Positions 1 to 13,400 of a DNA stretch of 64,000 nucleotides are shown piece by piece; within the stretch, counting starts at the first letter, position 1; each line of letters starts with the position of its first letter. A model generated the notes under the pieces. The model was not told the origin of the DNA, did not search any database, and worked only from the letters and a program-made list of their open reading frames with translations. This stretch comes from Phoronis australis. Lineage: Eukaryota > Animalia > Phoronida. The stretch lies in assembly GCA_002633005.1 (NCBI GenBank), contig NMRA01000046.1, positions 118,510 through 182,509 on the forward strand, in the 5' to 3' direction. The position numbers and the translations under genes are program-made.

Positions 1-121
1 CCATCCATCCATCCATCCATCCATCCACCCATCCATCCATCCATCCATCCACCCATCCATCCATTCATCCATCCATCCACTCATCCATCCATCCATCCAT
101 CCATCCATCCATCCACCCACC
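1..121. repeat. (CCAT)n tetranucleotide microsatellite, truncated by the window start
   Basis: About 30 CCAT units with a few CCAC/TCAT variants, read directly. Confidence 0.97.
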
Positions 122-880
122 TATGAATAACGAAATGTCGGCTCTTTCCAAACCCAGAAATCATGTCTATTTTGACTAAGGAATAATTTGAGTTGACTCA
201 AAACTTTGAGTTTTTATAACAGAAGGTGGTTTGATAACCGCTTTCATAGAAACACAAGCTGCCACATCCCACATATGAGTGGGAGGCTAATTTCCTCCAA
301 GCTTCCCCCTGTCTCTGCCGTCAATAATGTTTTGGGCTTAAATGGGCTCTATATTGTAACAGTTAAAGTGAAATATGATAAAAACTGCTTCCTAATACAC
401 ACTGTGGTACGCTTTTAAAAGACTTCGACCATAAATTGTTTGCTTTTGTAACCATCGCAGCAGTTACTAAGGTGTGCGTTGCCCGACTGCGTTTGTTGGA
501 ACTATCCAATTGTAACCTCGGTTTCGCCTATGACGCTGCAAATAAAATTATTGAGGGCACGTGCTCTCGACAGGCCCTCACCGTTAAGTCGCTTGTCACA
601 ACATAAATCTACGCGGGTAATAAATGATAAATTGGATTTTTCGGCGTTGAAAAAATACCATCAACCTTAGTCGCTCTCTAAACGCTGTTTTCGTACTCAA
701 CGTTAGCCCGTTAGCCGTACTATTCTTGCTAGCCTAACAAGTATTTGTGTCATCGCACGGGAGATTTGTTTCGGTCAATTTGTATGAGTTGTGAGTTTGC
801 CACATAGTGCTGTCATATCTGTTCTTCCGCTGTGCCAACGCACGATAGATTTGCATCTGTCAACATGCTGGTATTGCTAT

Positions 881-2156
881 TTTGTATGCGCCCACATATT
901 TATATGTGGACGCATTAGGCCGTCATCTCCGTCCGTCCGTTCGTCCGTCCGTCCGTCCGGGCGGCGTCCGTCCGGCGTCCGGCGTCCGCTGCTCTATCTC
1001 CAAAACCTTTTGACATACGTTCATGAAATTTGGTATATGTGTTCCATTTATGAATGGGACGGCATGAGCGAACTTTCAGAAGGATCCAACTACCGGTGTG
1101 CCCCCTAGTGGCAATTTTAGTTTTTTACGCTTACCTTTGTATCTTCAAAAGTCCTGAACGGATTTCCATGAAATTTGGTATGTAGGCACCTATTAGTGAG
1201 ATGACGCTATTCTCTCGTTTTCGGATGGATTCGACGTATTTTGCGCCACCTAGTGGCCATTTTTACTGTTTTCGAGTCTGTTTTTTGCGTCCACCCCTCT
1301 ATCAACCAAACCGCTCAAAGGATGATTGTGAAAATTGGCATGTATGTGCTTACTATGAAGACGACGGTTCACGATGATTTCGACTACTGTAGCACCTCCT
1401 AGTGGCAGTTTTTTTTGCGCCCATGGCTGTATCTCCTAAACCGTTCGCAGGATCTTTACAAAATTTAGTAAGTATATGTATATAATGTTATCAACAGACG
1501 ATGACGACTTTTGGACAGATCCGACTACTGCTGTGACCCCTAGTGTCAATTTTAGTTTTTTACGTTTAACTCAGTATCTTCAAAGGTCCTTAACAGATTT
1601 TCATAAAATTTTTAATATAGGCATCTATTGGTGTGATGATGCTATCTGCCTGTTTTTGGATGGAATCGAGGTATTTTGCACCACCTAGTGGCCACTTTTG
1701 CTGTTTTCAAATTTTATTTTTGGTGTTCATCCCTGTATCAACCAAATCATTTGAAAATTGGCATATATGTTCTCAGTGTGAAGACGACCTTTGATGATGG
1801 TGACCGATTACTGTGGCGCCTCCTAGTGGTAGTTTTGTTTTGCGCTCATAGTTGTATCTCTTAAACCCACTGCAGGATCTTTACTAAATTTAGTAAGTGT
1901 ATTTATATGAAGATAACAACAGACGACGACCACTTTCAGGCAGATCCAACGGACACTGTGCCCACTAGTGGCAATTTCATTTTATTCTGTTTTCCTTTGT
2001 TTCTCTGAAGTTCCTTGAGAGATTTTTATGAAATATGACATGTTCCTGTTTTTTGGATGGATTGTATGTTTTTGCGCCATCTAGTTTCCATTTTTATGAT
2101 ACAAATAAACAACCCTAAAAGCACACCATTTGCAATGCATTCGTGGGAGCTCTTGT
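881..2156 (+). mobile_element. Helentron-associated non-autonomous element (HINE/DINE-1-like), copy 1, with the 3' end damaged
   Basis: T-rich start, then 5' subterminal IR ATGCGCCCAC (886-895) folding with ATATGTGGACGCAT. A (GTCC)n microsatellite follows at ~929-960, then 8 tandem ~140-150 bp monomers. The 3' end reads TTCGTGGGAGCTCTTGT and lacks the CGCATTTCAACGCGTT present in copy 2. Colinear and highly similar to 17164-18869. Confidence 0.8.
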
Positions 2157-4231
2157 ACTGTCTGTGTGCTATCTTGTCGTTGCGCTATCGGACGGACGTT
2201 ATGTCCACTTCTGTAGTCAGGGCTACTGAATAAAGTACGGTTCATCACTGGCGTACTGTGGCTGGTTCCCTGCCTGAACGCCAGAATGCGAGAAAGATCC
2301 TTAAACACTGAATCTGTTGCGTCCCATCCTTGATATTCTTGCTATTTTACCTATTCTATCATTACGCCATCACACGACATATTTATTTTCGGTCAGGTTC
2401 TTCACTAGCACGCTAGCCTTACTCGTTTAGCTAACTAAAGCAGTTAGCATTAAATATTTTTCAGAACAGCATTAGAATAGCAACTTGAGGTCACACTCTC
2501 TTTTTACAGTAACAAGCATTGCATCTATACGTTTCGTTTTGTGTGGTAAAACTCCATACAAAAGCAATTATTGACATCTTTTTAAAAATATATTTTCGGC
2601 AAAAGAATGGAGGGCCTAAAATTCGTTTGTGATCCCATATTCACTAATGACATCTAATTAGTACACTAAAGCATTATAGCGAATGCAAATCAAAGTACAC
2701 TGTACTCGTTAAGCCGACCGTCATCAAACCAGGAAGTCACTCGCCAATACATGCAACGGTTTGGAAAATCATTCTGACTATTAGCGCCCTCCATGAAAGA
2801 GCGCTTACACCAAAAACTAAATTAACTCACCAAGTCCATCCTGAACACGTGGCAACGAGAGAATCACACAATTCCATTTTTGCGACCTAAACGCCATATT
2901 GTTATGTAAATTTACACAATTATTTCATTTGCATTTATTTTATAGCGGCCTCAAAATGGTTGATTAAATTTATTACGACGAATTTTATATACGTTGTGGA
3001 AACTGATATTTTATAAAACAACATTTTTGGGTGCTGCCATGATGTCATGAATATTGACGCACTTTGTTGAGGAAGGAAGGTGCAGTAAAAGCAATCGCAG
3101 CTTGTTGCCAATACCGGAATGACGCAGAATAATTTGCTAAGCGAGCGACATGACATTGAATTCAATTACCGTCATAAAATAAGAGCGCATTAATAGTTGC
3201 TATAAAGGTAAACCAACAGATGTGTCAATCACTAGATCGCTCGGCAGCTGAGGGAAATGAAGAATCGTTCTGATTAACGACTTTGTGGGGAAAATACTGC
3301 AATCCGCTACAAGCATCCTCTGTGCGCTTAGAATTCTTTAAGGAACAGTTTTTGGGTAGGTAATTATATTTACAATGTTTATTGCGAAAATAAAAATGAG
3401 GCGAAAAAGAACGGGTCACGTGATTTTTGACTACGATGTTATTGCATTTTCGTCAAATGAGGATACTTAGCTCATAAATAACGTTTTCTGTCCATTGTAA
3501 TATTTAGGCAGAAACATATGTCCGTTCACTGAATTGTAGTAATTAACGTATGTGATATAACTATTTGATCTTGTAATATTCAAAAGTGATTTTAGGGGGA
3601 TTGACACAGTTTTATGTTATCGTTGCTTTTTTTTGAATTTTGATATTTACTATTTCCGTTACAACCCATCCGTTTAACCAGAAGCATCACTGACAAAATG
3701 CGATTTTACATGCGTTACTGAAAAGCCACTTATAATTAAATCATAAATTAAAATCCATTTGAATTAATTTCGTTGCACGAAAACGCTTTTATGTAGAAAC
3801 GGCTTTAATTATATTTTTCTTACTATTTTTTGTGTCGGGGTGAGACGTTTGTTCTCGACTTTGAGTAACTCGAAGTTTTCGTTTTGGCTGTTACACAAAA
3901 AGTTACACATTATTCATAAATTCCATTCATGATAGTTAGGACATAACGAACAGAGGGCCACGTTCTTAGTTCGTGACTTACTTTAGCTCTAACAGTGCTA
4001 CATAAGAACGCGCAATTTGACCTCAAAAACTCGCTTTTTCAAGATCACGATTGCCCTTTTGCATTTTACAAGATGGCGATTATGTTAAGTTGTTGGGGTT
4101 AAGAAGTAAATTTAACTGGTGCGAATAAATGACTCTATATATTTCTTCCACGTTGTTTTTTCTACAAGGTATTGAAACGATCACTTTTTGAGTCACTTTT
4201 TGAGCACATGGAGGCACACTTGTACACCACG

Positions 4232-4348
4232 CTGGGGCGGATCAAGGATTTTGAGTTGGGGGGGNACCCCTGAACTGCCAAATGGAATCTTGTAGAATTT
4301 TAGGGGGGCCATGGCCCCCTTGCCTCCTCCCCCTAAATCCGCCACTGC
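4232..4348. mobile_element. Short GC-rich MITE of the CAGTGGCGGA...TCCGCCACTG family
   Basis: Ends CTGGGGCGGATC and AAATCCGCCACTG. The internal GAACTGCCAAATGGAATCT...TTTTAGGGGGGCCATGG is shared with the copies ending at 40438 and 51301. A fragment lies at ~6530-6565. Confidence 0.65.
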
Positions 4349-5056
4349 TTACGTAAACTTTATGAAACTGGACCAATTAATGGGCTTTGTGCACACTTGC
4401 CGGAGTAAGCGAAATGAGTTGTTGTAACACGTGACCATCACGAGGAGGTGCTTATAAAATTAGGTAGCCTCGCCTAGCAAGGCGTCAGTGAGTGTTTGAA
4501 ACGTAGAATTATCGCGGTGGAAAATGCCAGCGTAAAAGACAAGACGAAATTTAGAACTGGGTCGGAGAGAAGTAAGCGATAAAATCTCTACTCGGCTAAG
4601 ATGTGTGTTCAAGTGTTCAAATTTCAAAGTAGCTGAGTAACTTTTTTAGAGTTTTCTAAGCTGCGCTAAATCCGAAAAACGGCGGGACAGCTAACAAGCG
4701 TTCTCTCAAGCAATGGCATTTCTAAAAATAACTTACAGCCTTAGTTTAATGTTTGAGTATCACCTACAATCCTCTGTGAATCCTACGGATAACGAAGGGC
4801 AATATTTTAACGCACACAAATCGTCTCCCGGGTTCAAAGTAACGCCACTGTCAGAACTGAATAAGTCAGTGTAGGCCTATCACTCCAATAACCTTCAGGA
4901 TTTATGCCGGGGTTATTTACTTGAGTATACTGCACGTGCTGAAGTTTATTATTGTTTCTCGATCGCTTTCCGCTGTTAATTGTACTGTCGAAGCATACAT
5001 ATCTAGTAGAATTAAAACATACAGTTAGTACTATATACTTGCAGTTCATGGCAATG

Positions 5057-5396
5057 GGGCCGTCCCGGATTACACAGCGACATTCGAATCTGGCTGTATT
5101 TACCCACAATGCCGTAACCATTCGCCAAGCACATGTGCTGCCTCGTTTTCGAGTCACTGGAGTTTCACATGTTATTTTTTGTTGTCTGATTCTTAACAAG
5201 TTTTTCTCGGTTGCATTACTCTATTCGTTCTTCCTATGCTAACGAAGTATTAAGTGTTGTGTTGAGGGCTGCAACACCGGCGTGAAAAAGTTTTATAAAC
5301 TGGACAAATACCCGTGGATGCGTGATCTAGAATTCTTTGCCTTCCCGACATTAATGAGAGACACGAGAATGTGCCTGATTTCAAAAACTAGATCAT
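5057..5396. mobile_element. MITE copy with one end truncated, inverted relative to 19831-20229
   Basis: Begins GGGCCGTCCCGGATTACACAGCGACA. Aligns in reverse complement to ~19890-20228. Confidence 0.75.
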
Positions 5397-5534
5397 TACT
5401 TTCATATTTCCATAATAACGGCGAATAAAAGTCATCTATAATGCATACAAACCTCTCCTGTTGAGTGACAATGTCTGACGAGTGTAGGTTTCAAATGCAG
5501 ATTCTATGCTACTGTTACTGAGTGCCGAAGCCTG

Positions 5535-5951
5535 CCAGTTTGCGTTCTTTCCAGGAATTGTCTTGAAAAAATGCTTGGAAAACTATGCCTCGACATTGTT
5601 GTTCTCAATGCAGAATAAAGAATCGTTATCAGATAAATACATGCAAGGTTGGTTACATTTAATTCAACCGACATCACAACAGTCGCGTTTCAGATTACAC
5701 TCTTTCCAAATGCTTGAAAACTGTGCCTCGGAGTTGTTGTTCTCAATGCAGGGTAAAGAATCGTTATCCGATAAATACATATGTATACAGACGTTCTCAT
5801 GTACTACACAAGGTTGATTGCATTCAATTCAACTGACATTATAATAGTCGCGTTTCAGTTTCCGTTCTTTTCAAGAATCGTCATGAAAAATGCTTGAAAT
5901 GCTATTCCCAGAAATTGTTGTTCACAATTCTGGGTAAAGAATTGTTATCAG
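5535..5951. repeat. Degenerate tandem repeat, about 3 units of 140-180 bp
   Basis: AAATGCTTG(G)AAA...TTGTTGTTC(T/A)CAAT...TAAAGAAT(C/T)GTTATC recurs at ~5570, ~5710 and ~5890. Confidence 0.7.
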
Positions 5952-8043
5952 TTTTTCTGTGTTTTTGCTTCTTTGACCCCTTTATCCTCAGAAATTTCAG
6001 GCAATATTTCCAATTTCTATTTATTATTATTACTGAGACCATGGATGAGTTAATCCATAACACAAACTATTTCACTGTCCAACAGCTTCCGTAATTTTTA
6101 CAATGCCACAAAAATGAGATTTCATGTTAACATTTGACACTGATTTTGAGCGAAAACTGATGTGCCCAACTTTTAAACTATTTACAGAGTAGGAATTGTT
6201 AAAACTACATTTTAGTAATATAACATAAGAAAGTAAACTGCAACGCATAGTAAGATCCAAATCCGTGACATAGGATGTATCGCCCATAGCTTTTTGTCTG
6301 GTCTGAAGTGCACTGCACTCTTAAGATAAGAAACTGGTTAGTTTTCTCATCGGTATGTGTGAATGAATGAGCATACGAACAACTTACGTTTATTGCAATG
6401 TATTCATGATATGAATAAAAGAATGAAAAGAAAAAAACAAGAAATTGCGGTTTTAATATGGGTGTGCCGTCTATATTCGTCTTTTTATCCGTTTTATTCA
6501 TAAAACGTGTTTAGTCAGCACGCATCTGTTTGCCCCCTTGGTCCCCCTCTAAATCCGCCAATGCCACGGTCAAAAACACTTACAGCAAAAGGACAAAATG
6601 TACATTTTCGAATGAGAGGTTAGAGATAATATTTTATTTCGGTTACATAATTTGCTGTACTTTGGTATAATGTTTGTGTTTACCTTTTTAACTAAGAATG
6701 AATAAACGCATTTGTGCTCGTTTACTAGCTGTTGTTTAATCAAAAACAGAATTAATTTTCACGCCATCTTGAAGAAGAGTATTGAGCTGCGAAATGTTCG
6801 TGGAACGTGTTTCGGAGCCGTGTTTGTCGTACGTGAGCCGCGTGTGCTTTTGACTAATATAGGCTTGAGAGCTAAATAGAAACGTTTTGCTGTTTGAAAT
6901 TACATGCTATGCAACAAAGTCTAGTGTTCTGCACATGTCCTGGGCAGTCACTTCCATATTTGTCTCTTTTGATTCAGCTAAAGCCCAGGTAGCGACGCCA
7001 CGCGGTTTCCTGTGGCAGATAGCATTACGTTATCTAGTCTATTTTATCTTTGTGCATCTGTCGTTTCATTACTCATTTTACTTGAGATTGATAGGGTACA
7101 CTTTAATTAGTCCAAATGTTTTCCTTCTATTACCAGTTTTACAACCCCTTTCGTAGTTGCTCATTACAATACCGTCTAGCCCTTCGCGTTACAAAAAGTA
7201 TATTTTTTGTATTTATTTTTAATTTCGTGATGTCAATTCACTGACCTAGCTCTCTGACACGTGTGCGTGTAAGTCGAGGCTGAGCACATAAGAAAAGTCG
7301 GCAGAATCTATTTAGTTTTAAATTTGTTTGCCCCAAATTGGAACCTAAAAAGTGGCATGTACGTTGCACTATATTCTAGTAATGCTAAGTGAGTGTTGAG
7401 AGTGTGTCGCCAGATTGAACAAAATGTTCGTTATTTTTACATATACAGTGAAAAAAGTAACAAAAAAATAAATAGAGTCATGATAAAAATCTGTCTACTA
7501 CTCGAAAAATCAGCGTCTTACAGGTCCACTGACAGATAGGGGGAGGCCTGTATCTTCCCCTACTGTCATCACCTGTTTATCGTGGGAACGAAGTCACTTA
7601 CATAAGGAGAACTTGAACAACTCAGACACAAATAACTCCCGGTTCTATAACCAGAAATGAATTTTTGAACACCGCTGCCATCAAAATGTGGAAAACCACC
7701 TGTTTGCGTGCGGTGGTGCAACACTTATTTCAGTGCTGCAGCGCCCATGGTTTGTACTTTTGAAATAGCAGAACAAACCGAGAAACATTTAGCGAAGGCA
7801 GGCTATCGGAGCAACACGGCCCACCGTGAACATAGCTCCGCACTCATGAACATGGTTTACGTTAAATCTAGAATACTACAAGACGCTCTTAAGTGTGCCA
7901 ATGCCGTTTTGCTAGACCCCAGGTAAGCGACTACAATCATAATGCGGGTTGTACTTTCGTGCATTGGTTGCTTTGTTTCATTTGAATTTCCGCTCCACAC
8001 GAGCAAATTAGGTTAAGTTTGACTCAATCATTTACCTTTGTCT

Positions 8044-8089
8044 CGCAATGATATGCAATAATATGCAATGATATGCAATGATATGCAAT
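8044..8089. repeat. 10-bp tandem repeat (GCAATGATAT), about 4.5 copies
   Basis: Read directly. An AAT/GAT-rich low-complexity tract follows at ~8177-8270. Confidence 0.8.
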
Positions 8090-8615
8090 TTCTAAAATTT
8101 TGCCACTATTAGAGGCGATCTCATGACTTGACGAATTTTACACTCAGGTACATTTGCCTGTAAATAATTACAAATGAATAATAATAATGATAATGATCAG
8201 GATCATGGCGATGACGATGCCGATAAAATAATAATGATAATGATAACGATTATGATAATAACAATAACTTATGTACATACCGATAAAACAGGGTCAGTGT
8301 TTTACAGACACGTTTAGTTATCAATCATACAATAATCACAATTAGTTTAGATCCTCTCAGGTCAATGTAATGCATTTCCCATATTTCGCTGAAATCAACA
8401 TGCAGGTCCTGGCAACCAATCGTAAATCTCTCTCACAGTTTCAATTGACATCGGAGAGAAAAATGATCATCAATAAAAGTTATAAAGTTGACATTCAATT
8501 TAGCAAATTGATCTGAGGTTGAGATAAGCTGGGCATGGTATTAAAACATGAAATTCGTCTTGGACAACCCAACGCTTACACTGGTTACAGGTTCTATGAT
8601 CATACCTCAAACCGC

Positions 8616-8804
8616 GATATACCTACCTTGCTGAACCCTATTGATATACCTACCTTGCTGAACCCTATTGATATACCTACCTTGCTGAACCCTATTGATA
8701 TACCTACCTTGCTGAACCCTATTGATATACCTACCTTGCTGAACCCTATTGATATACCTACCTTGCTGAACCCTATTGATATGCCTACCTTGCTGAACCC
8801 TAAT
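8616..8804. repeat. 27-bp minisatellite, 7 copies (GATATACCTACCTTGCTGAACCCTATT)
   Basis: Units start at 8616, 8643, 8670, 8697, 8724, 8751 and 8778. The last unit has 2 substitutions. Confidence 0.95.
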
Positions 8805-8879
8805 GAGGCAACCTGATCTAAAAACTGCGAGAACCCTTTGCTCCCTTTGACTTAAGTTACAACGAGTGTATGTGGTTCA

Positions 8880-9610
8880 GGACCCAGAGTAGACTTGAAT
8901 AGGCCCAAGTTTGTCTCCTGACCCTATCTAACACCCTGCTCAACCATTGCAAATGTTGACAAAAACGTTATCATCTATGATAACCCTTACTGTCTCCAGC
9001 TTCCCAGGGGTCCCTGTATTCAATAAACCACTTACATATTTGTGGTTCTCCCTTAAATATCCACGGACTTCAGTTTTTACACCAGTTTTAACATTCAAGG
9101 GCAAATCGCCACTCAAAATTTCCTTGACAATCTGAATCTAGGCATGAGCCTGCATCAAAATCGAATTACATTACTGAACCACCAGCCACATGACCGTGAG
9201 GTTTCCCAAGCCCTGTCCTCTATTTGACTAAAGCCCGCTAGCACAGGCATAGTCTAGGACTGATTGAACCAAAGCATCGAACAGAGTAGAGAACATTATT
9301 GTATGGCATACCACACCACTTTATATTTGGCGTGTATTAGTTAGCTGACTGAGCAAAAGCCTTACATTCCAATCAAAGTGTTCACTAAGCCATACACCAA
9401 GATATTTAAATTCATCTTTCACACCAGACAAGTTACCACATTTTAATACACATTACGCGCTTGGAATTACTGACTCTCTAAAGTGCACAATATTTGTTTT
9501 TTCAACAATCACATTCCACTTACTGATCCAGATATATAGCATCCTCAACAAGCTCATCATTTCACTCTAATTATTGACTATCAAAGCAATATCATCGCCT
9601 TACATACATC
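8880..9610 (-). pseudogene. Heavily decayed non-LTR retrotransposon fragment (RT thumb and C-terminal region)
   Basis: Manual minus-strand translation across frameshifts gives MY.(A)DDIALIV...W.SKWNVIV..KTNIVHFR...EFKYLGVWLSEHFDW...LVQSVLDYAC...VIRF*CRLM. This matches the LINE ORF2 YADD and FKYLG motifs. Confidence 0.65.
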
Positions 9611-9777
9611 GTAAGGGTGTGAATTCTATATTTATTTACCATAACATCACGATGTGAACGCTTCATATCGTCTACTAAGTCAAAAATATTGGAGACAAAG
9701 AAAACCCTTTTTGACTTTTCTTCTAATATCGAATTTAGGCGGTGGGCCAGAATTTGTAGAGCTTCTAGAAAATGGTT

Positions 9778-12700
9778 TTTGTGAGTACTTTAGGGGGGCC
9801 GTTTTATTTTGGTGTTTTTTAATTCATTTAAAAAAGTGCAGGTGGCATGATGCCTTTTGCGGTATATCAGGCGTGCTTAGGCCACAAGACCGGGCCAATT
9901 ACACTAATCACCTGATTATGATTAATTCATTTACTAGAGTGTTTTCAAAATCTAAAAAGTTCCCACATATAAAGTTGCACATTTTTGAGAAATTTGAGTT
10001 TGAATTTACGTAATAACCACCATAGAGCTTAGAGAACATGTACTTGTAAAAACAACAGTTTTTGCTATCTTTTTGTAAAACAAGTAATACGGTCCCATCG
10101 ATGTCATTGTATTGAACAATAATACACTCACATTACATGTTTCACTATTGTAGACTAATTGTAAACAGTGAAATTTAAAAAATGTAAACTGACACCTAGT
10201 GTCAGAAATGCAAACTATGTCTGAATGTTACTAGGAGGTTATTCTGGCATGGTCTGGCAACAAAAATGACACAAAACACTTGAGACTGGGCAAAATTTGT
10301 GCCTCAATGACTGAACCATTGACTAATGGTGCAAAATATAGCTTGTTTGCATAAAACACCAGAAATACGTTATAGTACAAAAACAATATAGTTGAATGAT
10401 CTCTGTGAATGTGCACACGGACTGTATGAAAATAACAGATTATTCTGACAGCGTTTAGCAAGCAGTATGAGACATATACATGACAATGATCAAATTATGT
10501 AATTTCTATTACTCAATCAACAAACAAAATTCACTTTTAATACAAAAAACACGAAATAACGTGGTTGGAGGTTTATTTAGGGATGACTTGTCAAAGAGCT
10601 ATCCAATGTTATGCAGTCAGTGTTGCTGATGATACTACAGTTGTCACAGCTGCACATTTATGTACAGTTTGACCCAGTATTGTAATTGTAGCATAAACTC
10701 AGTTTCCCAGCACAAATGTTCTTTTTGCACTTGCAGCGTTCATCATTTCATATTGACAATGGAGCTGCGGGCATTGCCATTCATTTTGAATTTCAAAGCT
10801 CCACCGCCAATGAGCCAACTATGGTCGATGAGGCAGGATACAGCACTGCACACTGGTGATTGGCTCGCATGCAATGAAGGGTCAAACACTGAGTCCTTGT
10901 TTGGAGGCGGTCAAGATTTCGGCAAACGTTTGAAACGTTTCAAAATATGTTATAATGGGCTGTGTTAATTAGAGTCAGCAAGTGAATTTTTGAACACTAG
11001 ACTCAATTCACTTTCGTATCTCTTAGTCGGGCACAAACTACAACAGTGATTAGCTTCAACAGTCGTTTCTTAAGATTGCCTGTCCAAATAACTTCATGCA
11101 CACCAGCTTTCTGAAGAATAGCTTCAAAGTCTTGCTTTAGCTTTGAAAGGCAAATGACATCTCCATGTGTTAGAAGCTTTAATTCAATGAACTCCAAACA
11201 AAACTGTAGAAAAACATCTCTGAAAACTGTGGATTCGTCACTCTTCACAATCTTTGTCTTTCTATTTTTTATGGCATGATGATCTGTGCGACTTGGCTTC
11301 TAAGACACAGAGTCTTTATCTTTGAATTTCATTTGCATATTCAGGGCTCTGGACTGAGCTGTTGCTTGCGATGCAAGTCCAACAGAAAAAACTTGAATTG
11401 TTGACACTAATTTAATATTTAAATATGAGTGAGTTGGCATGCAAGTTTTTCAGACGGATTTATCAGGAACTGATCCACCACCAGCCTAACAAATTTACAT
11501 GCCGTCTGATCTGTTGCCTAAAAATATTGATCGTCCAATAATTAGATTAGCTGATGCAACTGAAAATATATCAGCTGATATACCAGTGCAGTAATTGAAA
11601 TTTATTATTTTTTTAAATCAGATGCTCATACCATAGTCCATCGATTTACATTTAGGGTAACCAACCATTGACGAAATGGACAGTGGCGTCCACTGTCCTC
11701 AAATTACGACGGGGACGCAGGCCACTTAGGCACTTTAATTTAATTACCATTGCAGCTACATAAGTAATTAATGCTTACAAAAATTGAGAAGGGGTTCCCC
11801 CTATCCCAGGATTACGGCAGGGGATGACGGCCATTTGGGCGTGTTGATTGCCACCATCTACTCCATTTAATCTTCTCAAAAATATTTGACTTAAAGTGCT
11901 TAAAATCGCACCCACAGTATAACGCCATATGATTATCCCCTAGCGCAAGCAGTGTCGATGTGGCAACTGAACAAGGGAGTGTTCGAAAAACAGGATTGCA
12001 TGACTATTTGTTTAAACTGGGAACAAATGAAAACATTAACGGCCTCCTCAGAGGCATCTCTCTACCCGGTACTTCTAAACTTATAGCACATGGAAAACAC
12101 CAAGATGTACCTTTCAAAAACACGTACTTGTTTTTCAAAGCTATAAAGTTGTTCCTTCGTTCTCTTTCTTGAAATGTGGTCCATAATATACTTTTCCTGA
12201 TAACAAATGATGCACTCGTGTTTCAGAATGTTTCTTTCTTGTCAGGTTAATTGGGTGTTTCAGATTTTGGAAGTCTAATTGATTTTCTTGGGAAATTTTG
12301 GGTAACACCCGTATCACTTTCAGCAGCTTTAGCTTTAGTACTACTGCTGGTGTGTTGAAACGTTGCTACGCCTTTCTAAGTCCTTTCAATTCTTGGTCCG
12401 ACACTTGGTCTTCTACAGCAGTATACTGTATAGGCGATAGCAGGACATGTAGCTGTTTTCTGCACAAACGTTTGTAACTCCTCTTCTTTTTTTGATCTAC
12501 AGAGTTCCACAGTCCATCAGCTTTCGTCAGGATGCTTCTCTAAGCATCTTCAGGCTCTGGCATCACAATTTTGTGCTGTTTGATAAACCTTGAATTATAC
12601 AGTTATCACACTCCATGGGAGCTGCCATATTTAAGTAAATAAGCACAATACAATCTGGCTCTCTGATTGGTCAATTCAATAGAAAAGCGCCACCAAGTGG

Positions 12701-12853
12701 CAGGAATGTGCATAATATTTCGTGCAACAAAAACACCTTTATTTAAAAAAATGTGCAAGTGTATCCGTGGGAACTTTTTGGAATTTGATTTATAGGTATA
12801 TTATCTAGCCACATAGAAAAAACTAGGTTGCCCCCCCCCAAAAGTACTCACAA
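9778..12853 (-). mobile_element. Decayed Academ-type DNA transposon with TIRs and transposase remnants
   Basis: TIR-like pair TTGTGAGTACTTTAGGGGGGC (~9779-9799) and GCCCCCCCCCAAAAGTACTCACAA (12830-12853), plus a subterminal IR (AAAAAGTTCCCAC...TTGCACATTTTT ~9954-9986 versus ~12745-12779). Minus-strand remnants include ORF 11003-11248 (FLQFCLEFIE..L..GDV..LS.L...NLKKRLLK), PPNKDS..LTLHCMRANHQCAV (~10830-10910), W...GAL..MPAAP, and a C-terminal CxC cluster CKCKKNIC...CT*MCSCDNC (~10630-10740). Confidence 0.65.
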
Positions 12854-13400
12854 GGATGAACGCTATGAGATCTATAGGTGTTAGGCATGAAGTACATGTA
12901 CAGCCTCGAACACTTTATAAAGACTTCTATGCACAATACGCCCTTTGTCTGACCCCAACATTGGTCACCTTATGAACAACATTCTTTCCCGTCCAATGAG
13001 TCGAACGACATGCCTTTATCTATAGAACATAATTGGAAAATAAAAGAAAAAATCCCTGTCTATGACTCGGAAATCCCGATTATGCTCAAAAGGCATGTGT
13101 TTCCGCGATAGCGTAGTCATTGGTTCTACATCCCTGGGATGACACAAGGTTGAAATCCCCCGTGTATCTGATTTATACCTGCTGTTTACAATATGTATAA
13201 CAGATACTAGATACAATTTATTTGAATTCTTACTGACATTGTTTGCTTTGTCATCTTCCCATGTGTCCAAAATAGGCATACGCTTAGTACCATTGCCAAT
13301 CAATTAATCAAGATAATCAACTATCACAAAATAGTTTCGTAAGGTTGGTAGAGCTGATGAGTAATGGTTTCTTTTTTCACAACGAGCAAGAACATATTTA

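Noticed and set aside
791-1864. Short ORFs overlapping HINE copy 1, and the equivalents at 17100-17791
   Set aside because: They are incidental frames in a non-coding repeat array, with no Rep/helicase motifs.
8535-8816. 93-aa ORF with DIPTLLNPI repeats
   Set aside because: It is the translation of the 27-bp minisatellite and has no other coding evidence.
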